In this document: positions 34,778 through 42,572 of the stretch, one piece after another
Layout of the letters: every line of letters begins with the position of its first letter
Position numbering within the stretch: position 1 is the stretch's first letter
From: an uncultured archaeon
GTDB lineage: Archaea; Iainarchaeota; Iainarchaeia; Iainarchaeales; Iainarchaeaceae
Length of the DNA stretch: 43,360 nucleotides
Direction of reading: 5' to 3'
Assembly: GCA_964372565.1 (NCBI GenBank)
Contig: CAYJRH010000002.1
Coordinates: forward strand, 1 to 43,360
Position numbers and translations under genes: made by a program
Notes under the pieces: model-generated
Seen by the model: only the letters and a program-made list of their open reading frames with translations
Told to the model about the DNA's origin: nothing
The model's database searches: none

Positions 34778-35692
34778 TCACAGCTCGATTTCCATTAAAT
34801 CCTTCGCAACGACAACGTTTTCAAATTCCTTCCGCGCCTCTTCGAGGAACTTCCCGTCTTCTTTATGCCTCGCGCTCAGGTGGAAGAGCGCGAGCTTTTT
34901 GCATCCTGTTTGCTTCGCCGCGAGCGCCGCATCAAGCGCGGTCGAGTGCATTGTCTCGTGCGCCCTTTCCTTGAGCTCCTCGAGGAACGAGGATTCGTGT
35001 ATGAGCAGATCAGAGCCTTCCACAGCCTTGTGGTACGCTTTTGTCGGCGCCGTGTCGAACACCATTGAAACTTTCCTCCCTTTGCGCGCCTTCGACCTGT
35101 CCATCACTTCCTCGGGCTTCACGGTTTTTTTCCCGGCCTTCACTTTTTTCCCGCGCTGGAGCTCGCTGAACAGCGGGCCGACAGGAACGCCGAGTTCAAT
35201 CGCCTTCTCCCTGTCGAACTCCCCTGCCTTGTCATTTTCCCTGAACACGTACCCGTAGCACTCTACCTCATGCTTCAGGGGAACAGCCTCGACAGAAAAT
35301 TTTTCAGCCTTCAGCAAAACCCCTTTTTTTGCGCGCACGCACTTCACCTCGAAGCCCGGGGCGAGCATTGCGAGCCTCATGCTCACACTCACGATTTCCT
35401 CTATGCCCTTCGGCCCGTAAATTGTCACCGGCCAGTCGCGGCCGTGGAGGTTCATTGTTGCGAGCAGCCCGCCCAGGCCGAGGATGTGGTCGGCGTGCAG
35501 GTGCGAGATGAAAATGTGGCTGATGCGCAGGTAGCTCACTCCTGAAGACATCATCTGCCTCTGGGTGCCTTCAGGAGCGTCGAAGAGCAGCCACTCGCCC
35601 ATGAACCTGATGGCTATGCTGCTCAGGTTCCTGTCCTTTGTCGGCACGCTGGCGCTCGTGCCGAGGAAAACGACTTTCAACTTTTCGGCCAT
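34778..35692 (-). CDS. rnz: ribonuclease Z (tRNA 3' endonuclease)
   Basis: KVVFLGTSASVPTKDRNLSSIAIRF, HLHADHILGLGGLL (HxHxDH), ~304 aa. Confidence 0.9.
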   Translation of the reverse strand: MAEKLKVVFLGTSASVPTKDRNLSSIAIRFMGEWLLFDAPEGTQRQMMSSGVSYLRISHIFISHLHADHILGLGGLLATMNLHGRDWPVTIYGPKGIEEIVSVSMRLAMLAPGFEVKCVRAKKGVLLKAEKFSVEAVPLKHEVECYGYVFRENDKAGEFDREKAIELGVPVGPLFSELQRGKKVKAGKKTVKPEEVMDRSKARKGRKVSMVFDTAPTKAYHKAVEGSDLLIHESSFLEELKERAHETMHSTALDAALAAKQTGCKKLALFHLSARHKEDGKFLEEARKEFENVVVAKDLMEIEL

Positions 35693-35771
35693 GCCCTATC
35701 CCATATCCCTGTGTTTAGCTGCTGTTTTGCTTGCCCTAATTTCTTCCGCCGATTGTACCTAAACGCTGCGG

Positions 35772-35783
35772 AACCTATTTAAT
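35772..35783 (+). promoter_or_regulatory. BRE/TATA-like box aacctatttaat upstream of Lon fragment 1
   Basis: Ends 27 nt upstream of the ATG at 35811. An identical 12-mer lies upstream of Lon fragment 2. Confidence 0.45.
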
Positions 35784-35810
35784 TCTCTTTCTTCATTAAG
35801 TATACTCATT

Positions 35811-36830
35811 ATGCCAGACCTGCTCAAGCTCGGTTCCACAAAGGAAGTGCCCGTCCCAAAACTGTTGTTGGACCAGATTGTGGGCCAGGACAAGAGCGTC
35901 GAGCTCATAAGGAAGGCGGCTGTTCAGCGCAGGAACGTGCTCCTTGTCGGCCTTCCGGGAACCGGCAAGTCGATGCTGGCAAAGGCAATGTCCGAAATAA
36001 TGCCGATACAGAAATTGCAGGACGTGATGATTTACCCGAATGAGGAAGACGCCAACAACCCGTTCGTCAAAACAGTGAAGGCGGGCGACGGGCAAAAAAT
36101 CCTGGAGCAGGCGCGTGTCGAGGTCAGGGCGCAGGACGACAACATGCGCCTCATAGGGTTCATACTCCCGATGGGCTGGTTCCTGCTCACTTATGTCCTG
36201 TGGACGCTCAAGCTCATGCCCGATGTTGTTTATGCCGCCACGCTGATACTCGGCGGGTTCCTCATGGTAGGGTTTGTCCTCGGCTCGCAGATGCGCGTGC
36301 GCACGGTGCTCGTTCCGCCCAAGCTCCTCATCAACAACGCGGGAAAGAAGATTGCCCCGTTCTTCGAGGCAACCGGCGCGCGCGCTGGGGCGCTGCTCGG
36401 GGACGTTCGTCACGACCCCTTGCAGTGCAATTACGGTTTTAACGAGCTTTTAGTCCAAAAGAAGGGTGAAAAAGACTTGGAATTTGAAAAAAAACCTTTT
36501 AACAAACTTTGGGATGAGATGAGACAGAAGCATCCTAAAGAAATAATCAAAACCGAGAAAGGATATGAGGCAATAATGCTCCCTGCCGAAGAGAAAGTTT
36601 ACACTTTAGGTTACAAAGACGGAAAGCCGGTTCTTTCAAAGATTTTATCTTTGAATAGGCGGCCGTTTGAAGGTGAGCTTGTGGACATACAATCAGGCGA
36701 TGCGAGAATTTCCGTCACACCAGAGCACAAGGTTGATGTGCCGGGCAACTATAAGCTGGCGTCAAATATTTCCACGGCAGATAACCTCATAAAACTCTTA
36801 ACGGAAAAAATCCAGGCAATAAACAGGTAA
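35811..36830 (+). CDS. lon: LonB protease fragment 1: N-terminal AAA+ part with two TM helices (205 aa) fused to intein-1 N-half
   Basis: LLLDQIVGQDKSVELIRKAA, Walker A GLPGTGKSMLAKAM, TM helices LIGFILPMGWFLLTYVLW and VVYAATLILGGFLMVGFVLG, ..GALLGDVRHDPLQ, then CNYGFNELLV.., and a stop at 36828. Confidence 0.9.
   Translation: MPDLLKLGSTKEVPVPKLLLDQIVGQDKSVELIRKAAVQRRNVLLVGLPGTGKSMLAKAMSEIMPIQKLQDVMIYPNEEDANNPFVKTVKAGDGQKILEQARVEVRAQDDNMRLIGFILPMGWFLLTYVLWTLKLMPDVVYAATLILGGFLMVGFVLGSQMRVRTVLVPPKLLINNAGKKIAPFFEATGARAGALLGDVRHDPLQCNYGFNELLVQKKGEKDLEFEKKPFNKLWDEMRQKHPKEIIKTEKGYEAIMLPAEEKVYTLGYKDGKPVLSKILSLNRRPFEGELVDIQSGDARISVTPEHKVDVPGNYKLASNISTADNLIKLLTEKIQAINR
36426..36827 (+). mobile_element. 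split intein 1, N-half (IntN1, 134 aa)
   Basis: Cys1 sits at the extein junction (DPLQ|C). Block B ISVTPEH. Colinear with the IntN of intein 2 (..TPEH..GN[YF]..). Composition turns abruptly AT-rich at 36426. Confidence 0.85.
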
Positions 36831-37042
36831 TCCGTTAGGTCAAATTCTTCTGTTGCCGCCTTCTGCTTTTCGTAAGAATTCTTTCATGTCAATCCCTCGC
36901 CACCTCCGCGGAATTTTTTCATTCCGACTCTGGGCTTTGCCTGCTTAAACCTTCTGCCCTCTTGGGAGGCCAAAGGATTTAATGCAGTCAAAGCCCTCCA
37001 AAGAGTCTCCATGAAAAAATTCCTTTCACGGAGGTGGCTCGA

Positions 37043-37183
37043 ATGGAGTTTTTGAAAGAATTTCAGATTCTTCCTCCAACAGCAGAGGAAATAGCCGCAG
37101 TTATCAAACTGCAGGAAATGGATTCGGAGTTTCTCACAGACAGGGAACTCTGGATTCTGCAAGAGTTCGGAGGTGATTGCTGA
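37043..37183 (+). CDS. 46-aa acidic ORF translationally coupled to the endonuclease gene (speculative)
   Basis: MEFLKEFQILPPTAEEIAAVIKLQEMDSEFLTDRELWILQEFGGDC. Its TGA overlaps the ATG at 37183 (tgATG). Not in the ORF track (<60 aa). Confidence 0.25.
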   Translation: MEFLKEFQILPPTAEEIAAVIKLQEMDSEFLTDRELWILQEFGGDC

Positions 37184-38292
37184 TGAGCGCACCGGCACCG
37201 AACTCCCTGAATAACAATATAAATGCCGCGAAGGCAGATTCGTCTGCGAGCAAGGGAAACAATCAATCTGCTTCTGAAACGGAAGCGTCTGTAATGCAGT
37301 CAATTATCACTGAACAGGACATAATCAATACTTATTCTAAGGAAGAGCAATTTTCCTGCAAGAAATATTTCGAGTATCAGAAACTCATTGTGGAGAATCC
37401 ATTGCTTGGTTACAAGAAAGCCGCAAAGCTTCTCGGAATAAAGCAGGGGTCGACAAGGTGGTGGCATACAAAAGGTGCAAAGCGTGCTATTCCTTTGCCT
37501 CTTAAAGTTATTGAGAAATTGAAGGGCGCAGGGTTGCTTCCGTTTTATGAAAACCATAAATCGTCTGAAACAATTTTCAACATGCTAGGCGTCTTGTTTG
37601 GAGATGGTGGCATTGATATACGTTACAACACGGTTGCATTCATTTCTTCTGACAGGAATGATATTGATTTGTGGCAGGCGGATTTGCTGAGGGTTTTTCC
37701 ATTTGCCCAAGGAAAAACACAAATTGTTGAAAGGGGTGAATATGGGCACTCCTACAATCTTCGCTCCTATGACCGCGCGGTAGTCAGGTTTTTTGCTGCT
37801 TTAGGTGTTCCTGTGGGAGACAAAGTAACCATACCCTACTCATTGCCAACACGGATTTTCAACTCTTCAGAAAAATCAAGAATTGCGTTTCTCGATGGTT
37901 ATCTTGCCGCTGAAGTTTCCGTTCCTTCATGGAGGTCGGACCCTCACGGAATAAATCGTTTCCAAAATTTTGCGATTGGCATTTCAAAAATTGAGTTCCT
38001 TGAGAAAGAGCACAGGGAATTTTTGAAAAGCGTTGAAGAACTCCTTGAATCTGTAGGAATTCAAACAACAGGAAACATCAACAAAAACTATTCTGCAGGT
38101 CATCACCGGAAGGATGGCGCATTCACCGCAAACTACCGCATATTTATCCGAACGCCTTTCCAAAGGGTTCTTTTCTTCAACGATAAATTCCAATTGCGCT
38201 ACGCGAGAGGCAAGAAAGAGAGATTCGGCAAAGTGATAGCCGAAGCGCTCGAAGAGAGGGCGGGGTGCGGAAGGCTTGGTCGGATAAAATAA
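37183..38292 (+). CDS. free-standing LAGLIDADG homing endonuclease with N-terminal HTH-like region
   Basis: LAGLIDADG motifs MLGVLFGDGGID and IAFLDGYLAAEVS. Colinear similarity to the endonuclease part of Lon intein 2 (IINTYS/IIQTYS; [28 protein letters not shown]; [19 protein letters not shown]). The conserved part may start at the ATG at 37294. Confidence 0.8.
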   Translation: MSAPAPNSLNNNINAAKADSSASKGNNQSASETEASVMQSIITEQDIINTYSKEEQFSCKKYFEYQKLIVENPLLGYKKAAKLLGIKQGSTRWWHTKGAKRAIPLPLKVIEKLKGAGLLPFYENHKSSETIFNMLGVLFGDGGIDIRYNTVAFISSDRNDIDLWQADLLRVFPFAQGKTQIVERGEYGHSYNLRSYDRAVVRFFAALGVPVGDKVTIPYSLPTRIFNSSEKSRIAFLDGYLAAEVSVPSWRSDPHGINRFQNFAIGISKIEFLEKEHREFLKSVEELLESVGIQTTGNINKNYSAGHHRKDGAFTANYRIFIRTPFQRVLFFNDKFQLRYARGKKERFGKVIAEALEERAGCGRLGRIK

Positions 38293-38339
38293 CCATTCGT
38301 ACCAGAAATGATTATAATCGCTTCAAGGAGAACACCTTT

Positions 38340-39023
38340 ATGGCGGGCTTGTTCACGCACGAGTGGATTGCCAAACTGGCCTTGGAGAAGCTTTCCAGAA
38401 GGGGCTTCATTTCGAGTTATGAGAACATTGACGATTATTTCTTCGGCGCAATCGCGCCGGACATAAGGTACATCGCCAATTCACAAAGGGATGTAACGCA
38501 CCGCCCGCTAGGCAAACATTCGATTTTTCAGGCTTTTCCTGTCAGCAGCACCTCAATTCCTTTCATGGCAGGCTATGAAACACATTTGATTGTTGACAGC
38601 ACCTGGGCGAACGACAACGGCGAGCTTGGCAGGAGCATTTATGCAAATTATGGCATTAACCAGAACGAACCAATCCAAAAATTCGGCCTTTACTTGGCTG
38701 TGGATGATTATTTTCAGGGCGAAGCGGATTGGCTTTTCCAATTTGAATGCGCAGGCAACATACTCAGGGCCAACGACACATCACTTTTGCTCAAACTTGG
38801 GTTCAGCCAAAATGATGCCCTAAAATTCAAGAGGCTTGCTGCACTCTATTTAAGGGAGCCTGGCTTAGACACCTTCAACGCATTCAATCTTTTCCCAAAC
38901 AATTTTGATGAGGCATTGCTTGGAAAAGTCGCCGACCAGATGCAGGCTTTGGCTTCCTTTTTGAAGGAATTCAAAAATGTCTCAGTAGAAAAGTGCCTTG
39001 AATCTTTGGAGAGATTACTATGA
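38340..39023 (+). CDS. zinc-dependent phospholipase C-like family protein (tentative)
   Basis: MAGLFTHEWIAKLA, FFGAIAPDIRY, THRP, GYETHLIVDSTW resemble the H/D metal-ligand spacing of PLC/P1-nuclease-like hypothetical proteins. ATG at 38340 preferred over 38265. Confidence 0.45.
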   Translation: MAGLFTHEWIAKLALEKLSRRGFISSYENIDDYFFGAIAPDIRYIANSQRDVTHRPLGKHSIFQAFPVSSTSIPFMAGYETHLIVDSTWANDNGELGRSIYANYGINQNEPIQKFGLYLAVDDYFQGEADWLFQFECAGNILRANDTSLLLKLGFSQNDALKFKRLAALYLREPGLDTFNAFNLFPNNFDEALLGKVADQMQALASFLKEFKNVSVEKCLESLERLL

Positions 39024-39148
39024 GGCCTGTTTTCAAAATAATTTTGGGGTTTGCCTCTGCAGTATTCATCGTTTTTATGATTTTTTATTTTCTTGTCTAT
39101 GTGGATATGCTGGCGTATTTCTATAATTTTGCGACAGCCATTGACTGA
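39020..39148 (+). CDS. 42-aa hydrophobic peptide, copy 1 (speculative small membrane protein)
   Basis: MRPVFKIILGFASAVFIVFMIFYFLVYVDMLAYFYNFATAID. ATGA overlap with the stop of the upstream gene. Not in the ORF track. Confidence 0.35.
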   Translation: MRPVFKIILGFASAVFIVFMIFYFLVYVDMLAYFYNFATAID

Positions 39149-39262
39149 CGGGGCAATTTTCATGCCTTGGCAGGGGGAGGCCATAAGTTGCGGCGGCCTG
39201 CGCCCAAGAAATTTTAAAAGAATTTCATTGGAAAAATGCGCCGAATCCCTGGAGTTGTATCT

Positions 39263-39391
39263 GTGAGGCTTATTTTCAAAATAATTTCGGGGGCAGTTAT
39301 CGCACTGTTTGCCTTATATCTGGCATTTCACATTGTGGGCTTTGCACTTTGGCTCGTGTATACCTATAACTTTTTGACGGCAGTTGATTGA
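39263..39391 (+). CDS. 42-aa hydrophobic peptide, copy 2 (GTG start; speculative)
   Basis: (M)RLIFKIISGAVIALFALYLAFHIVGFALWLVYTYNFLTAVD. Same length and shared MR..FKII.G / Y.YNF.TA.D ends as copy 1. Preceded by a degenerate copy of the 3' end of the PLC-like gene. Confidence 0.3.
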   Translation: MRLIFKIISGAVIALFALYLAFHIVGFALWLVYTYNFLTAVD

Positions 39392-39421
39392 ATCCAAGAC
39401 GCAAATTCCATTAACCAATGC

Positions 39422-39433
39422 AACCTATTTAAT
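39422..39433 (+). promoter_or_regulatory. BRE/TATA-like box aacctatttaat upstream of Lon fragment 2
   Basis: Ends 23 nt upstream of the ATG at 39457. Identical to 35772-35783. Confidence 0.45.
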
Positions 39434-39456
39434 AATTTTCCAACCATACGTCTAAC

Positions 39457-39579
39457 ATGGATTTCAGGGCAAAAGAGGAAAATGTAACCTCTGTCCAGAA
39501 GCGCCCTTTCAAGGGCCACGTTTACAACGTTACTACTGAAACTGGCAATCTCTTTGTAGAAAATATTTTGGTGCATAAT
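39457..39579 (+). mobile_element. split intein 1, C-half (IntC1, 41 aa)
   Basis: Blocks F/G: [23 protein letters not shown], then +1 Ser (tca at 39580). Begins at its own ATG. Confidence 0.85.
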
Positions 39580-41340
39580 TCAGGCGGCCTCGGGACCCCC
39601 CCGCATCTGCGTGTCGAGCCCGGCATGATTCACAAGGCCTCCGGCGGCGTGCTTTTCGTTGACGAGATTGCCACGCTTTCGCAGAAGAGCCAGCAGGAGC
39701 TCCTGACCGCGATGCAGGAGAAAAAGTACCCCATCACCGGCCAGAGCGAGATGAGCTCGGGGGCCATGACCCGAACCGAACCGATTCCGTGTTTTCCCGC
39801 GGAAGCAGTTTTGTCCGCCATGAACGGCAAAACCCCCATAGGGTCGCTTGTTGATTCAATTTTGTCGGAGAACCAAGGCAAAGTTAAGGTAATCGATGGC
39901 GTTGAAACTTTTGATTTGGAAAAAGAGCATCAAATTTTGGCATATTCCGAAGGGAAAATAGTCCCTTCAAAACTTCAAAGGGTTTACAGGAGAAAATATT
40001 CAGGGAAAGTCCTGAAAATAAAATTTGATGATGGAACCGAGCTGATAGCCACGCCGGAACATCCGATAAAGACATTAGGCAATTTTATCAAGGCGGATGA
40101 TTTAAGGGTTGGGGCCGTTGTGGAAGCTGAAGAAAAATCAGCAATATCGGAGGGCAAAAATATTATTCAAACCTACAGTAATGCCAATCAACTTATCGCC
40201 AAAAAGTTTGCTGCTTGGCTTTCATCAGAAAAAAGCCTTTCCCATAAAGAATTGGGGGTAGATAGCAAAACCGTATATTTATGGAAAAGGGGCGCAATGC
40301 CGCGACCATTAAAAGCAGCTCGATTTCTTAATAGTAAAAATCTGTTGCCATTGGCCGCTGACGATGCAAGGCTGCCGATAATAGCAAGAGTGGCCGGCGC
40401 ACTATTCGGGGACGGAGGTCTAGACGGGCGAAGATTTGCGAGAATCTATTTTGTTGCAGGTTCGGACGAACTTGCGGATATAAACGAATTCAAGGAAGAC
40501 CTATTGGCTATATTCGGGCGCGATATAGAGCCTGAAATTACTATTAGAAAAAGCGTATCCAAAACGGGTTCCGGTTTGGAATTATCCGTCAATAATTCAT
40601 TTATTGCAAGGTTTTTTTACGCGCTGGGCGTTCCAAAAGGCGATAAAGTTTCCCAACCGCTTAAAGTGCCTTCCTGGATAAATGGCTCAGACATATTGGG
40701 GCGCGAATTTTTCTCATCTCTTCTAACATGCGAGTTATATGGGGGCATCAGGAGCAGCCAGGACACCCCCAAATTTGTGATGGCTAAAATAAAAGACTTT
40801 GAAAAAGAGCACTTTGAATTTCTCAATTGTATAAGGGGCTTTTTATCAAAAAATGGCGTCGAAGTTGGGGAAGCAAGGGCGGTCAGGGAGTACACTAAAA
40901 ACAAGAATCTCGTGAAACCAAAACTAGCCGCCACTTATTCATTTAGCATAAAGCCCTCTTACAAAAACATAATCCGCCTGTCTAAAACTGTAAATTTTTA
41001 CTATGCGTATGGCAAGCGGACTGCAATGCTTGAAGCTGTGGGGCGCGGCGAAGCGTTTGTGGCGTATCAGGGCAATTTGAGAAATAAAAAGCAGCAAGCG
41101 GTTCTTTTAAGGCAAGATGGAAAAACTATTAGGCAAATAGCGGCTGAAACGCGGCTGCAAAAAAACACCGTTCTAAAGCTCGTGGCCCCTACTTATAAAA
41201 AATATTCAGAGGACGACAAAAGCAGAGTTTTTGAATTATTCAAACAGCAAATTTCGCCAAAGGCTGCAGCCAAAACGCTTCAAATCCCATATACAACCGT
41301 GCTTTACTGGAAAAATAATTATTATGGTGGCGGGCAATGA
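39457..41340 (+). CDS. lon: LonB fragment 2: intein-1 C-half (41 aa) + 70-aa Lon middle extein (Walker B) + intein-2 N-half with LAGLIDADG endonuclease and HTH regions
   Basis: ..[22 protein letters not shown]|[33 protein letters not shown]...[10 protein letters not shown]|[10 protein letters not shown]...ATPEH...[11 protein letters not shown]...LLTCELYGG...[16 protein letters not shown]...[12 protein letters not shown]. Stop at 41338. Confidence 0.9.
   Translation: MDFRAKEENVTSVQKRPFKGHVYNVTTETGNLFVENILVHNSGGLGTPPHLRVEPGMIHKASGGVLFVDEIATLSQKSQQELLTAMQEKKYPITGQSEMSSGAMTRTEPIPCFPAEAVLSAMNGKTPIGSLVDSILSENQGKVKVIDGVETFDLEKEHQILAYSEGKIVPSKLQRVYRRKYSGKVLKIKFDDGTELIATPEHPIKTLGNFIKADDLRVGAVVEAEEKSAISEGKNIIQTYSNANQLIAKKFAAWLSSEKSLSHKELGVDSKTVYLWKRGAMPRPLKAARFLNSKNLLPLAADDARLPIIARVAGALFGDGGLDGRRFARIYFVAGSDELADINEFKEDLLAIFGRDIEPEITIRKSVSKTGSGLELSVNNSFIARFFYALGVPKGDKVSQPLKVPSWINGSDILGREFFSSLLTCELYGGIRSSQDTPKFVMAKIKDFEKEHFEFLNCIRGFLSKNGVEVGEARAVREYTKNKNLVKPKLAATYSFSIKPSYKNIIRLSKTVNFYYAYGKRTAMLEAVGRGEAFVAYQGNLRNKKQQAVLLRQDGKTIRQIAAETRLQKNTVLKLVAPTYKKYSEDDKSRVFELFKQQISPKAAAKTLQIPYTTVLYWKNNYYGGGQ
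39790..41337 (+). mobile_element. split intein 2, N-half with fused LAGLIDADG endonuclease/HTH domains (IntN2, 516 aa)
   Basis: Cys1 (tgt at 39790) directly after TEPIP. Block B IATPEH. Two LAGLIDADG motifs. Terminated by the TGA at 41338-40. Confidence 0.85.
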
Positions 41341-41459
41341 TGTATCCGAAAACAACCAAAAAAATTATTGGAATAGAAGAAGAAAATTTTGGCGGCTACG
41401 TATATAACGTTAAAACGGAAGCCGGAACTTATCTAGCCAACTCCATAGTTGTCCATAAT
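41337..41459 (+). mobile_element. split intein 2, C-half (IntC2, 41 aa)
   Basis: Blocks F/G: [23 protein letters not shown], then +1 Cys (tgc at 41460). The ATG overlaps the IntN2 stop (caATGAtg). Confidence 0.85.
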
Positions 41460-42557
41460 TGCGATTTCGTCCTTGCCGCCGCGGGGAATTACGAGGACCT
41501 TGAGAAGGTCCACCCCGCGCTTCGTTCGAGGATAAGGGGTTACGGCTACGAGATTTACATGAATGTCGACATGGATGACACCGAGGAGAACCGCAACAAG
41601 ATAGTGCAGTTCGTCGCGCAGGAAGTCACGAACGACGGCAAAATCCCGCACTTCTCGATGGACGCGATACAGGAGATTATTTTCGAGGCGCGGAGGCGCG
41701 CGGGAAGGAAAAACAAGCTGACGCTGAAGCTCCGCGATTTGGGCGGGCTTGTCCGCGCCGCCGGCGACCTGTCAAAGGAAAAGAACCACCGGCTTGTTTC
41801 GAGGCAGGATGTGCTCGAGGCAAAGATGACCGCGCGCACGCTCGAGCAGCAGATGGTCGGGAAAATCATCGAGGAGAAGAAGGATTACGAGGTTTACCGC
41901 TTCGAGGGCTCGGCAATCGGCCGCGTGAACGGCCTTGCTGTTATGGCCGACGGCGACGCGGGCCTGATAATGCCCATTGAGGCCGAGATTGCGCCTGCGC
42001 AGTCCGCGAGCGAGGGGAAAGTCATTGCGACAGGCAAGCTCGGGGAGATTGCGAAGGAAGCCGTGCAGAATGTTTCCGCAATAATAAAGCGCCTTTCGGG
42101 AAAAGACCTCACAAAGCAGGATTTGCACATCCAGTTCCTGCAGTCCTACAGCGGTGTCGAGGGAGATTCCGCTTCGGTGAGCGTTGCGACAGCGGTCGTT
42201 TCTGCGCTTGAGGGTATTCCGGTGAAGCAGAACCTCGCAATGACCGGCTCGCTGAGCGTGCGCGGCGAGGTGCTCCCTGTCGGAGGGGTTACCGCAAAGG
42301 TTTCCGCCGCGATAAACGCGGGCTTCACGGAAGTGATAATCCCGAGGGCGAACTCCGAGGATGTGGTGATTTCGGCAGGCCAGCTCAACAAAATCAGGCT
42401 CATCCCTGTTTCAAACCTTTCGGACGTCCTTGAAAACGCGTTTGTGAAGGGCGAGAAGACCGACAAGCTCCTCACAAGCCTGAGGAAGCTCATCAAGGGC
42501 ACGCTGCTGAAGGAATCCGCCAAGCCCAAGGGCGGCGCGGCGGTCAACATTCTGTGA
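41337..42557 (+). CDS. lon: LonB fragment 3: intein-2 C-half (41 aa) + C-terminal AAA+ remainder and Lon protease domain (365 aa)
   Basis: [41 protein letters not shown]|[23 protein letters not shown]... Protease Ser in [19 protein letters not shown] and Lys in [13 protein letters not shown]. Confidence 0.9.
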   Translation: MMYPKTTKKIIGIEEENFGGYVYNVKTEAGTYLANSIVVHNCDFVLAAAGNYEDLEKVHPALRSRIRGYGYEIYMNVDMDDTEENRNKIVQFVAQEVTNDGKIPHFSMDAIQEIIFEARRRAGRKNKLTLKLRDLGGLVRAAGDLSKEKNHRLVSRQDVLEAKMTARTLEQQMVGKIIEEKKDYEVYRFEGSAIGRVNGLAVMADGDAGLIMPIEAEIAPAQSASEGKVIATGKLGEIAKEAVQNVSAIIKRLSGKDLTKQDLHIQFLQSYSGVEGDSASVSVATAVVSALEGIPVKQNLAMTGSLSVRGEVLPVGGVTAKVSAAINAGFTEVIIPRANSEDVVISAGQLNKIRLIPVSNLSDVLENAFVKGEKTDKLLTSLRKLIKGTLLKESAKPKGGAAVNIL

Positions 42558-42572
42558 AACCCGCTATTGCAT

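Noticed and set aside
34516-35258. Plus-strand ORFs 34516-34974, 34572-35258 and 34580-34798
   Set aside because: They run through the hairpin cluster and then antisense to rnz. The repeats generate open frames by chance.
35796-36413. 205-aa minus-strand ORF
   Set aside because: It is antisense to Lon fragment 1 (Walker A and TM helices clearly in the plus frame).
36884-37303. 139-aa minus-strand ORF in the intein-1 gap
   Set aside because: It runs antisense to the endonuclease gene start and the coupled 46-aa ORF. It has no recognisable motif and a Cys/Phe-rich composition typical of antisense frames.
41316-41345. Reading the intein-2 break as a trivial frameshift in an otherwise contiguous intein
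   Set aside because: Not fully excluded, and raw reads are needed. It was disfavoured for three reasons. The downstream frame has a TAA at 41316, so any indel must fall in a 20-nt window. The break coincides with an ATG-ATG in a canonical ATGA overlap. The resulting IntC is exactly 41 aa, the same as the independently initiated IntC of intein 1.
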